This document shows positions 10,490-18,772 of a stretch of DNA of 64,000 bases, one piece after another. The position numbers and the translations under genes are program-made. The DNA is taken from assembly GCA_035536275.1 (NCBI GenBank), contig DATLOL010000168.1:19179-83178 (forward strand), written 5' to 3'. The DNA is from Thermoanaerobaculia bacterium (GTDB taxonomy: Bacteria > Acidobacteriota > Thermoanaerobaculia > Gp7-AA8). The notes below the pieces were generated by a model. That model was not told the origin of the DNA. It searched no databases and saw nothing but the letters and a program-made list of their open reading frames with translations. The first letter of the stretch is position 1. Each line of letters starts with the position of its first letter.

Positions 10490-10627
10490 TTAGCTTTTGC
10501 GGAAGAGCCTCGTCACCGCGTGCCACGCGCGCGAGACGACACCCTCGTGATGCTGCTCCTGCGAGGCCGTAGCGTTGCGGGCCACGCGGGCTTCTTTGAG
10601 AATTCGATCGGTTTCCTGGATACGCAT
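10490..10627 (-). CDS. Small hypothetical protein (45 aa)
   Basis: The ATG is preceded by a near-perfect Shine-Dalgarno (AAGGAGCGAAATG on the minus strand). No family is recognised. The longer 73-aa version runs into a repeat. Confidence 0.4.
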   Translation of the reverse strand: MRIQETDRILKEARVARNATASQEQHHEGVVSRAWHAVTRLFRKS

Positions 10628-10642
10628 TTCGCTCCTTTCGTC

Positions 10643-10747
10643 GCTGTTGCTATGTTCTCCCCTGCCCGCACACCCGTTGCTGTGTTGCTTGCGGTGCGGC
10701 GCCCTGAACACAGCAACGGGTGTGCGGGCGGGTGGAAAACCAGCAAC
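10643..10747. repeat. Palindromic element, family B (GTTGCTG-type arms), subtype with inner stem CCCGCACACCCGTTGCTGTGTT
   Basis: 22-bp perfect inner stem, 10665-10686 against 10707-10728. The outer ...ggaaaaccagcaac is shared with the copy at 47256-47362. Confidence 0.85.
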
Positions 10748-10753
10748 TCAAGA

Positions 10754-11239
10754 CTACCTGCGCAGCTTGATGACCGCGGTCTCGATCAGCTTGTCGCCCG
10801 GGAGGCCTTCCTGCCACGCGGTCGCCTTCAGGCTGCCCGTCTCGGAGAGCGTGCCGAACGCCGTGCGGACGCGGAAACGGACCGTGCTGGTCTCGGCCGG
10901 CTGGATCTTGCCGAACGTGAAGCGGTACATGTTCGAGCCCGGCGTGTGGAGCACGTTCACGCCCTTGTCGTTGGTCTGGTCGAGCACGACCAGTTGCGGC
11001 GGCAGCTCGACCTCGAGCAGCACGTCCTGAATGTTGTTCACGCCGCGGTTGCTCATGACGACGTCCAGATTGTCGACGCCGTTCTCAGGCAGGTCATCGG
11101 GGTGGGTGATGTTCAGCTTCAGAAGCTGGCCGCGCGAAGTGACGGCCATGCCGCTCGACTTACATGCTGCCGTCGAGAGCAGCCCGACCGCCAGGATGGC
11201 CATGACGGCGATGGTCAGTAGTTGTTTGTTACGTCTCAT
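10754..11239 (-). CDS. Lipoprotein, function unknown
   Basis: Signal peptide plus lipobox (LLSTAAC). The 161 aa are beta-rich. Start MRRNKQ at 11239. The remainder of the 495-aa ORF is antisense to the kinase gene. Confidence 0.65.
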   Translation of the reverse strand: MRRNKQLLTIAVMAILAVGLLSTAACKSSGMAVTSRGQLLKLNITHPDDLPENGVDNLDVVMSNRGVNNIQDVLLEVELPPQLVVLDQTNDKGVNVLHTPGSNMYRFTFGKIQPAETSTVRFRVRTAFGTLSETGSLKATAWQEGLPGDKLIETAVIKLRR

Positions 11240-11323
11240 TGTTTCTCCTTCCACGCCAGAGTTATTGTGCAAAGTGAGGGCCGGTCTGGCGGTTGTCAGC
11301 GCATTTGCAATACAAGAGCGCGC

Positions 11324-12265
11324 ATGACGTACTACATCGGCGTCGACGGCGGCGCTTCGAAGACCGCAGCCATCGTCGTAGACGAGCAGGGCAATAAGCT
11401 GGGCTCCGGTCTGGCGGGCGCATCCAATCACCTCCGTGTCGGCATCGAGGAGGCCACCCGCAACGTCGAGCGCGCGGTCAACATCGCCCTGGTCGAAGCC
11501 GGCATCGCCATCAAGGACGTCGAATATGCGTATTGCGGCATCGCCGGCTCCGACCACCCGTCGCATCGCGAGAAGGTCGTCGAGGCGCTGCGTGTGTTCT
11601 TCCCCCGCGGCAACTTCATCGTCGACACCGACGCACGTATCGCGCTCACCGGCGCGATCGGTTTCGGCGCCGGCATCGTCGTGATCTCGGGGACGGGCTC
11701 GGTCGCGTTCGGGCGCAACTCCTCCGGTCACGAAGTACGCGCCGGCGGCTGGGGCCCGACCCTCGGCGATGAAGGGAGCGGATTCTGGATCGCGCGCGAA
11801 GGGCTGTCGGCGATCGTGCGCGCGCACGACGGGCGCGGCTTCGCCACGGGCATGACCGACCTGCTCTGCGCCGAATACGAGATGTGCAGCCCCGACGATC
11901 TCCCGCAATTCGTTTACGCGACGACGACACACGTCGACGACATCGCCCGCTACGGCAAGCTGGTGATCGAGGCCGCGCAGAACGGCGACGACATCGCCCG
12001 CGACATCCTGGCCCGCGCGGGATCGGAGCTCGCCGAGTGCGTGCTCGCCATCGCCCGCAAGCTGCACATGGCCGACTCCGAGTTCCCCGCCGCGTTCGTG
12101 GGCGGCGCCTTTCACGCCGGCGACCTGCTCCTCAACCCGATGCGGCTTCGCCTGCAGCGCGACGCTCCCGGCGCGACGCTGCAGGCGCCAGAACGCTCGC
12201 CGGTCGAAGGAGCGGCGATGATGGCGATGCACGCGGCGCAAGCGCCGCGTGCGGGGCGCGCTTAA
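11324..12265 (+). CDS. BadF/BadG/BcrA/BcrD-type ATPase (N-acetylglucosamine kinase-like)
   Basis: YIGVDGG.SKT, GI.GSD, ISGTGS.AFG, GGWG..LGDEGSG.WI and GG.F are ASKHA-fold motifs. Confidence 0.8.
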   Translation: MTYYIGVDGGASKTAAIVVDEQGNKLGSGLAGASNHLRVGIEEATRNVERAVNIALVEAGIAIKDVEYAYCGIAGSDHPSHREKVVEALRVFFPRGNFIVDTDARIALTGAIGFGAGIVVISGTGSVAFGRNSSGHEVRAGGWGPTLGDEGSGFWIAREGLSAIVRAHDGRGFATGMTDLLCAEYEMCSPDDLPQFVYATTTHVDDIARYGKLVIEAAQNGDDIARDILARAGSELAECVLAIARKLHMADSEFPAAFVGGAFHAGDLLLNPMRLRLQRDAPGATLQAPERSPVEGAAMMAMHAAQAPRAGRA

Positions 12266-12272
12266 CTGAACA

Positions 12273-13925
12273 TCATTTCGCGCGCGCTTTGGCCGTCACG
12301 TCGTAGAACTCCTCGCCCTTCAGCCACATCGGCTTCTCCGCGGCGTTCGCCGCCTCGTGGCCGAGCCACAGCGCGAGCTTGCCGACCTGCGTGGCCGCGC
12401 TGAAGTCCCACGTCGGGTCGTATTCGTCGCTGGCCTGGTGATAGTGCTTCTCGCGGTACTCCTGCGACTTCGTCTTGCCCCACTCGGCCGGCTTGCCGAC
12501 GACGTCGTTCCCCTGCTTGATCGAGAACGCGGGCACGCCGACCTTGGCGAGGCTGAAGTGGTCGGAGCGGTAGTACGAGCCCTGCTCCGGCGCCTGATCC
12601 GGCACGATGATGAGGTTCATCGCCTTCGTGATCTTCTCCGCGGACGGGAAGAACGTGGTGCGGTCGATGCCGATCATGGTCACGCTGCCGACCGGCCCGA
12701 GGAGCTGGATCGCGTCGATGTTGATGCCCATGACCATGCGGCCCGCCGGAATCGGCGGATGCTCGCCCAGGTACTCCGATCCGAGGAGACCCTGCTCCTC
12801 GGCGGCGACGAAGGCGAAGTAGAGACTGCGTTTCGGACGCTGCTTCGACTCGCTCCAGACGCGCGCCACCTCCAGGATCGTAGCCGTGCCGCTCGCGTTG
12901 TCGATCGCACCGTTGTAGATCGTATCGGTCGCGTCATCGTCGTCCGGCGTGCCGATGCCGATGTGATCATGGTGCGCAGAATAGAGAACTCCCTCGTTCT
13001 TCAACTGCGGATCGCTGCCTTCGATCCTGCCGACCACGTTGGCCGTATCGAACGGGCGCATCGTGCTGGCGATGTCCGCGCGGAAGCGCATCCCCAGCGG
13101 CACCGGCTTGAAGCTGCGCGACGCCGCGGATTTCGTCAGCGTGCCGAGATCGAGGCCGGCCGTCTTGAAGAGCTGCGCAGCGACCTCCTGCGAGATCCAG
13201 CCCGCGAACCTGAGCGCGTGCTGCCCCGGCGCGTTCTTGACGTACGACTGCTCTCCCGTCCACGAGTTCCGCACGACTTGCCAGCCGTATCCCGCCGCCG
13301 CGTTCGTATGAATGAGCAGCACAGCGTCCGCCCCGCGTGCGGTGGCGATCTCGTATTTGTACGTCCAGCGTCCGTAGTACGTGCGCGCGCGGCCGCGGAA
13401 GAGGTCCGGCTCTTTCTCGTTCGCTGGCGGATCGTCGACGAGCATCACCAGCGTCTTGCCCTTCAGGTCCGCGCCTTTGTAGTCGTCCCACTTGTACTCG
13501 GGCGCAACGACGCCGTGGCCCACGAAGACCAGCTCCGAGTCGAGGCTCACCGCCTCCTTCTGCGTCTGATTGCCGCCTACGTACTGATCGCGATACGCGA
13601 GCGGACCGAGAACCACGCCGTCGCCCTTCCGGATCTCCACGCGCGACTTCTCCTCGACCGTGGTGATGCCGAGGAGCGAGACCTTCTGGAAGAACGTGCC
13701 GTCGTCGCCGGCGGGCTGCACGCCCACGGCCTCGAGCTGCGCCGCGAGATACGCGGTCGTCAGTGCGTCGCCGCGCGTGCCGGGACCGCGGCCTTCCAAC
13801 AGATCGCTGGACAGGTACTTCAGATGCGCACGAACCGCCTCGGGGCGGAACGAGTCGAAAGCCGGTTGGGCAACGAGCGGGAGGGCGATCAGCAGAGACA
13901 GGAGCAGGCGAATCATTTGCCGCAT
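12273..13925 (-). CDS. M28-family aminopeptidase with PA domain, secreted
   Basis: Signal peptide MRQMIRLLLSLLIALPLVAQ. Also HHDH.G, DNASG.A..LE.AR, F.A.AAEE.GLLGS and SDH..F. Start chosen at 13925. Confidence 0.85.
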   Translation of the reverse strand: MRQMIRLLLSLLIALPLVAQPAFDSFRPEAVRAHLKYLSSDLLEGRGPGTRGDALTTAYLAAQLEAVGVQPAGDDGTFFQKVSLLGITTVEEKSRVEIRKGDGVVLGPLAYRDQYVGGNQTQKEAVSLDSELVFVGHGVVAPEYKWDDYKGADLKGKTLVMLVDDPPANEKEPDLFRGRARTYYGRWTYKYEIATARGADAVLLIHTNAAAGYGWQVVRNSWTGEQSYVKNAPGQHALRFAGWISQEVAAQLFKTAGLDLGTLTKSAASRSFKPVPLGMRFRADIASTMRPFDTANVVGRIEGSDPQLKNEGVLYSAHHDHIGIGTPDDDDATDTIYNGAIDNASGTATILEVARVWSESKQRPKRSLYFAFVAAEEQGLLGSEYLGEHPPIPAGRMVMGINIDAIQLLGPVGSVTMIGIDRTTFFPSAEKITKAMNLIIVPDQAPEQGSYYRSDHFSLAKVGVPAFSIKQGNDVVGKPAEWGKTKSQEYREKHYHQASDEYDPTWDFSAATQVGKLALWLGHEAANAAEKPMWLKGEEFYDVTAKARAK

Positions 13926-14028
13926 TTTGGAACGTCCGGCGCCCAAACCCTCGTAACAATAACGTAACAGCAAGATCCTGCACATTCGAGGGTAGGGATT
14001 TCGGGACATAAATCACTCCTAAGTCAGA

Positions 14029-14256
14029 GTGAACGACAAACTCCCATTCGAGTTCGACGCAACCACCGCTGTCCACCTCCCGATGTCCGAGCGGGTCCTC
14101 GACAAGCTCGCCGATATCCTCTTTGCTACTGACGAGATCCTCGGCATGCTGCGGGTGCCGGAGCAATTGCCCGACGACACCAGCGTGACCATCGAGGCGT
14201 CGATGCAAACCGTCTACGACGAGGTCAATGAGCTGATGAAGAAGCTCAGCGACTGA
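14029..14256 (+). CDS. Small acidic hypothetical protein (75 aa)
   Basis: GTG start and high GC3 across the ORF. There is no obvious RBS and no recognisable family. Confidence 0.35.
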   Translation: MNDKLPFEFDATTAVHLPMSERVLDKLADILFATDEILGMLRVPEQLPDDTSVTIEASMQTVYDEVNELMKKLSD

Positions 14257-14272
14257 CGCGCCTCTCGGCGCT

Positions 14273-14393
14273 GTGTCGTCGGTTGTCAGTTATCTGTGGG
14301 AGTCTGGACGACCGATCCCGCTATTGTCTTTAAGCGACGTGTCCCGCTAGCCAACCCGCCACTGACAACTGACAACCGACAACCGACAACAAC
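14273..14393. repeat. Palindromic element, family A (GTTGTCG/GTTGTCA heptamer arms)
   Basis: Left arm gtgtcgtcggttgtcagttatctgtgg. Right arm ccactgacaactgacaaccgacaaccgacaacaac. The hairpin is imperfect with a ~60-nt loop. Confidence 0.85.
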
Positions 14394-14396
14394 CCC

Positions 14397-14438
14397 TTGA
14401 CAACCCGAGCGCTCGAACCTAACTTAACGCTGTTAAGT
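14397..14438 (+). promoter_or_regulatory. Candidate sigma70-type promoter (TTGACA-17 nt-TAACTT) overlapping a 7-3-7 palindrome ACTTAAC-GCT-GTTAAGT (candidate TetR operator)
   Basis: The hexamers and spacing are read directly from the sequence. The palindrome at 14422-14438 overlaps the -10 element. GGAGG lies at 14442-14446, 6 nt before the TTG start of the TetR gene. Confidence 0.45.
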
Positions 14439-14452
14439 AACGGAGGATCGTT

Positions 14453-15067
14453 TTGGGACCGAAGGAACGTCGAGAGCGAGAACGCGAAGAGATCCGCACC
14501 CGGATCCTCGACGCCGCACGCGAGTTGTTCGTCAGCGAAGGGGTCGAGTCCGTCACCATGCGCCGGATCGCCGACCGCATCGAGTACTCGCCCACCGCGA
14601 TCTACTTTCACTTCCGGGACAAGGACGCGCTGCTCGCCGAGCTCTGCGACTGCGACTTCCGCACCTTCTCGCAGAACTTCCAGACCGTCGCGCAGATCGC
14701 GGATCCCGTCGAGCGCCTGCGCGCCGCCGGACGCCTCTACGTCGAATTCGGCCTGAAGCACCCCAGCCACTACCGGCTGATGTTCATGACCCCGAAGAAC
14801 CCCGGCAGCAAGACCATCGACAAGGGCAACCCCGAAGAGGATGCCTACGCGTTCCTCAAAACGATCATCGGCGACGTGAAGGCGCACGGCCGCCTGCGCG
14901 ACGAGTACGCGAACGTCGATCTCGCCGCGCAGGTGGTCTGGTCGGCCATTCACGGCGTGGTCTCGCTCGAGATCGCGAAGTGCAACGACGAGTGGGTGGA
15001 GTGGAAGCCCATCGCCGAACGGGCCGAGGGCGTGATCGACATGATCGAGCGCGGGGTGATGCAATGA
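14453..15067 (+). CDS. TetR/AcrR family transcriptional regulator
   Basis: N-terminal HTH: I..AA.ELF...G.ES.TMR.IA..I.YS..AIY.HF..K..LL. Confidence 0.85.
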   Translation: MGPKERREREREEIRTRILDAARELFVSEGVESVTMRRIADRIEYSPTAIYFHFRDKDALLAELCDCDFRTFSQNFQTVAQIADPVERLRAAGRLYVEFGLKHPSHYRLMFMTPKNPGSKTIDKGNPEEDAYAFLKTIIGDVKAHGRLRDEYANVDLAAQVVWSAIHGVVSLEIAKCNDEWVEWKPIAERAEGVIDMIERGVMQ

Positions 15068-16194
15068 GCGTCGACCTCGCAACGAAGTCGCTGCTGCACG
15101 ACAAGCTGCGCTTCTTCATTACCGTGTCCGGCGTCGCCTTCGCCGTGACCCTCGTGTTCGTGCAGGTCGGCCTCTTCCTCGGCTTGATGGACAACGCGTC
15201 GCTGACCATCGACCAGATCGACGCGGACCTCTGGGTGACGTCGCGCAACACGCCGAACGTCGACTTCGCGCACACGTTCCCCGAGACCTATCTCAAGCGC
15301 GTGCGCTCGATTCCCGGCATCGCGCGCGCCGACAACCTGATCGTCTGGTTCATGAACGTGAACCTGCCGACGGGCGCCGTCGAAGGCACGGAGGTGTACG
15401 CGCTGGAGAACTTCGAGCGCTGGAACTTCCCGCAGAACGTGGCCGAAGGCAATCTGGCGGACCTGCGCCGCGGGCCATACATGGTGCTCGACGACTCCGC
15501 GAAGAAGCGCTGGGGCGCGTTCGCGGTCGGCGAGCATCGCGAAGTGCTGGGACGGCGGCTGAAGATCATCGGCCGCACCGTGGACGCGAAGTCGTTCACC
15601 ACGACGCCCCTCACGTTCATGGACTATCGCCTCGCGCAGAGCATCAACGAGGGAGAGCTGCGCGGCAATACGACCTACATCCTCGTCAAGCTCGCGCCGG
15701 GTGCGGACGTCGAAGCGGTGCGCAAGGAGATCCAGCGCCGCCTTCCCTACAACGACGTCTTCACGCGCCCCGAGTGGGCGAAGCGCTCCCGCTCGTACTG
15801 GATCGATTCCACGGGCCTCGGCCTGAACATGTACATCACCGTCTTCCTGGGATGCCTCGTCGGCATCGTGGTCGTCGCGCAGACGCTCTACACGTCGACC
15901 ATGGAGCACATCCGCGAGTTCGGCACGGTCAAGGCCATCGGCGGCGGCAACGGCGAGATCTACGCGATCCTCGGCAAGCAGGCCACCATCGCGGCAGTAG
16001 CCGGCTTCGCCCTCGGCGCGCTCCAGGCGTTCGCGCTGCGGCCGGTCATGGCGAAGATCGACCTGAAGCTCATCATCCCGATGGAGTTCTACGCGCTGGT
16101 GCTCGCCGGTGCGGTCGTGCTCTGTCTCACCGCGGCGATGATCTCGTTCCGCAAAGTGGCGTCGATCGACCCGGCGCTGGTGTTCCGCACATGA
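15064..16194 (+). CDS. ABC transporter permease, FtsX/MacB/DevC-like
   Basis: ATGA overlap with the TetR stop. It has an N-terminal TM helix, a large periplasmic domain and a C-terminal 3-TM FtsX-type domain (..FGT.KA.G........I..QA...). Confidence 0.8.
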   Translation: MSVDLATKSLLHDKLRFFITVSGVAFAVTLVFVQVGLFLGLMDNASLTIDQIDADLWVTSRNTPNVDFAHTFPETYLKRVRSIPGIARADNLIVWFMNVNLPTGAVEGTEVYALENFERWNFPQNVAEGNLADLRRGPYMVLDDSAKKRWGAFAVGEHREVLGRRLKIIGRTVDAKSFTTTPLTFMDYRLAQSINEGELRGNTTYILVKLAPGADVEAVRKEIQRRLPYNDVFTRPEWAKRSRSYWIDSTGLGLNMYITVFLGCLVGIVVVAQTLYTSTMEHIREFGTVKAIGGGNGEIYAILGKQATIAAVAGFALGALQAFALRPVMAKIDLKLIIPMEFYALVLAGAVVLCLTAAMISFRKVASIDPALVFRT

Positions 16195-16200
16195 CTGAAC

Positions 16201-16376
16201 GTGTCATCCGACGTGTCATCCGACGTGTCATCCCGAGCGCAGTCGAGGGATCCCCTGCCTCGGGCGCGCTCGTCGCGTTCCAGCAGGGGGTCCCTCGACC
16301 GTCCTCCGCTGCGCTCCGGCGGCTCGGGATGACACGCTGCTCCACGTGTCATCCCGCGCTTCAGCGCGGGATCCCC
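16201..16376. repeat. Composite palindromic element, family C (GTGTCATCCCGAGCGCAGTCGAGGGATCCCC) with a 12-nt tandem leader (GTGTCATCCGAC x2) and a second short hairpin
   Basis: Left arm 16225-16255 and a degenerate right arm ending ..ctcgggatgacac at 16335. A second unit, gtgtcatcccgcgcttcagcgcgggatcccc, lies at 16346-16376. The element sits between the permease and ATPase genes of one operon. Confidence 0.85.
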
Positions 16377-16396
16377 TGATTGATGAGAGATAAACC

Positions 16397-17056
16397 ATGA
16401 AAATCCTGCACACGCGAAGCATCGAGAAGCATTTTCAGGAAGGACGCGAGGTCGTGCCCGTGCTGCGCGGCATCGACTTCGACGTCGACCGCGGCGAGAT
16501 CGTCGCGCTCGAAGGTCCCTCCGGATCCGGCAAGACCACGTTCCTCTCCATCCTCGGTTGCATCCTCACGCCGACGAAGGGCGAGGTCGTCATCGAGGGC
16601 GCGGCCGTCGACGCGAAGCGCCTCGCCGAGGTGCGACGGCGCTCGCTCGGCTTCGTGTTCCAGCAGTTCAATCTCTTCCCCTCGCTCACCGCGATCGAGA
16701 ACGTCGAGTACGCGTTGAATGTGAAGGGCGTGAAGGGGCGCGACGCGCGCATCGAGGCGCAGCGCGTCATCGAGGCGGTGGGGCTCGGCGACCGGCAGCA
16801 CTTCCTGCCGCGCGAGTTGAGCGGCGGGCAGAAACAGCGTGTGGCCATCGCCCGCGCGCTCGCCGGCAGCGCGCCCATTCTGCTCGCCGACGAGCCGACC
16901 GCGAACCTCGATACGCAGGCCGGCACCCAGGTCCTGGAGATGTTCCGCGGCCTGGCCAAGAAAGAAAACCGCGCGTTGGTGATCGTCACCCACGATCCAA
17001 AGGTGCGCACGATCGCGGACCGCGTCGTGAAGATTCAGGACGGAGCTCTCGTATGA
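16397..17056 (+). CDS. ABC transporter ATP-binding protein (MacB/LolD-like)
   Basis: Walker A GPSGSGKTT, Q-loop, signature LSGGQKQRVAIARAL, Walker B LLADEPT and H-loop VTHD. Confidence 0.95.
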   Translation: MKILHTRSIEKHFQEGREVVPVLRGIDFDVDRGEIVALEGPSGSGKTTFLSILGCILTPTKGEVVIEGAAVDAKRLAEVRRRSLGFVFQQFNLFPSLTAIENVEYALNVKGVKGRDARIEAQRVIEAVGLGDRQHFLPRELSGGQKQRVAIARALAGSAPILLADEPTANLDTQAGTQVLEMFRGLAKKENRALVIVTHDPKVRTIADRVVKIQDGALV

Positions 17057-17910
17057 ACCGCATTCTCTATCCCCTCCTCGGCATCCTCATTCTAGCCGCC
17101 ACCGTCGTGCAGGTGAACGCGACGCGCGTGAAGACGCCGCCTGCGCGGCCTCAGAACGCCGTCACGGAGAAGCCGCGCGTCGTCGCCGAAGGGCGTGTCG
17201 TCACGTATCCCGGCGCCGAGGTCACCGTCGGAACCGACGTCGCCGGCACGATCGACACGCTCGCCGTGAACGAGAAGGAAACGGTTCGGCGCGGACAGAC
17301 CATCGCTCTCATCCGCGCCGATGACACCCGCGCCGCCCTCGGCGTCGCACGAGCAAGAGTGAAAGAGGCCGACGCCGACATCCGCCTGTTCGAGTCGGAA
17401 GTGGCGCGGGCGAAGAACCTGTGGGACGTCGAAGTCGGCTCGCGGCAGGCGTTCGACAAAGCGGACCGCGATCTCGATGCGGCACGCGCCCGCCGGGCAT
17501 CGGCGGCCGCCGAAGTCACGCGCCTCGAGGCGCTCGTCGAGAAGAGCGTGATCACCGCGCCGATCGACGGCGTGGTCATCACCCGTCACGTGCACGCCGG
17601 CGAGACCGTCGACGTCGGAGAGGCCATCATCACGGTGGCCAACCTCGATCGCACGCGCGTCGAGGCGGAGATCGACGAGTACGACTCCGCCCGCATGCGC
17701 CTCGGCGCACAGGTGCAGGTCAGCGCCGAGGGCTTCGAGCGCACGTGGAAGGGCACCATCGAAGAGATCCCGGACTCCGTCGTCAACCGGCGGCTCAATC
17801 CTCAGGACCCCGCGAAACCGATCGACACGCGGGTGCTGCTGGTGAAGGTCGCCTTCACCGAACCGACGCCGTTGAAGCTGGGGCAGCGCGTGGAAGTGCG
17901 CGTCGATTGA
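17053..17910 (+). CDS. HlyD/RND-type periplasmic adaptor (membrane fusion protein)
   Basis: ATGA overlap with the ATPase stop. It has an N-terminal TM helix, a coiled-coil hairpin (ARARV.EADA...), ITAPIDGVV and a beta-barrel tail. Confidence 0.85.
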   Translation: MNRILYPLLGILILAATVVQVNATRVKTPPARPQNAVTEKPRVVAEGRVVTYPGAEVTVGTDVAGTIDTLAVNEKETVRRGQTIALIRADDTRAALGVARARVKEADADIRLFESEVARAKNLWDVEVGSRQAFDKADRDLDAARARRASAAAEVTRLEALVEKSVITAPIDGVVITRHVHAGETVDVGEAIITVANLDRTRVEAEIDEYDSARMRLGAQVQVSAEGFERTWKGTIEEIPDSVVNRRLNPQDPAKPIDTRVLLVKVAFTEPTPLKLGQRVEVRVD

Positions 17911-17934
17911 GCGTATGCTCGCGACGTAGCGTCC

Positions 17935-18765
17935 ATGAAACCCCTTGCTCTCGTCATCGAGAACGACGCCGGTACGCGCCGTTTGCTCGACGTCCTGCTG
18001 TCCCGTGTGGGCATGGACGTCGATCTTGCGCCCAGCGGAACCGACGCGCTGATCCTTTTGCAGAACGTGCAGTACGACGTCGTGCTGATCGATCTCTTCC
18101 TGCCCGGCAAGTCGGGGTTGGAACTGCTGGAGTGGATTGCCGAGGAGCGTCCGGAGCTGCTGGCGCGCGCGGTCGTGGTTTCCTCCGCGCCACCATCGCG
18201 GCTCGATGAGCTGTCGGCGCGCTGGCCGCAGATTCGGACCATCCGCAAGCCGTTCGAGCTCGGTGAAGTGCTGGAGACGACGCAGGCCATCGTCGCCGAC
18301 CGCGTCCCGCGCGTGCAGACGCCGGCCGAGAAGTTCTGCCGGCACTCGATCCGCGCCGGCGCGAAGGCGGGCGTGGTCGTCGCCCGCAGGGACGAGTACA
18401 TCAGTCCCGTGCTGTCGTTCGGCTACACCAGAGAGATGATCGACCAGTATTTTCCGCTGCCGCTGGACGCGCCGTATCCGCTGACGGCCACCATGCGTAA
18501 CGGCAAGCCGGTGTGGATCGCCTCGCTGGTCATGGCCGCGCCCGACTATCCGACGCTGGCCCCGGTGTGGGAGGCGAACGAGAGCCGCGCACTGGCCACG
18601 GTGCCGCTGCTCGAATCCAGTCGCGTCGTCGGCGCCGTGGGCTGGAGTTTCCGCGAGCCGCGGCTCTTCTCCCCGGCCGAGCAGCAGGTTTTCACCGAGA
18701 TCGCTGAGGCCCTTCCGGACTGGCTCAACCTCGACAAGCAATCCACGACGCCCGTCAGCGCGTAA
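17935..18765 (+). CDS. Response regulator, REC + GAF-like output domain
   Basis: REC: LVIE.D....LL..LL.. and DVVLIDLFLPG.SG.ELL, ending ...KPF. The C-terminal half has a GAF-like pattern (..ATVPLL...RVVGAVGWSF.....F...E...). Confidence 0.75.
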   Translation: MKPLALVIENDAGTRRLLDVLLSRVGMDVDLAPSGTDALILLQNVQYDVVLIDLFLPGKSGLELLEWIAEERPELLARAVVVSSAPPSRLDELSARWPQIRTIRKPFELGEVLETTQAIVADRVPRVQTPAEKFCRHSIRAGAKAGVVVARRDEYISPVLSFGYTREMIDQYFPLPLDAPYPLTATMRNGKPVWIASLVMAAPDYPTLAPVWEANESRALATVPLLESSRVVGAVGWSFREPRLFSPAEQQVFTEIAEALPDWLNLDKQSTTPVSA

Positions 18766-18772
18766 CGTCGTC

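Noticed and set aside
16089-16352. Short ORFs translating repeat elements. Examples are 16089-16352, 16127-16345, 16228-16422, the 41058 start MSVVSCLWLS, 43684-43872, 43817-44098, 998-1225 and the 31066-32247 tail.
   Set aside because: They exist only because palindromic repeats lack stops on both strands. The same pseudo-peptides (VIPSAVEGS, SVVSCQLS, IPRLRAG) recur wherever the repeat occurs.
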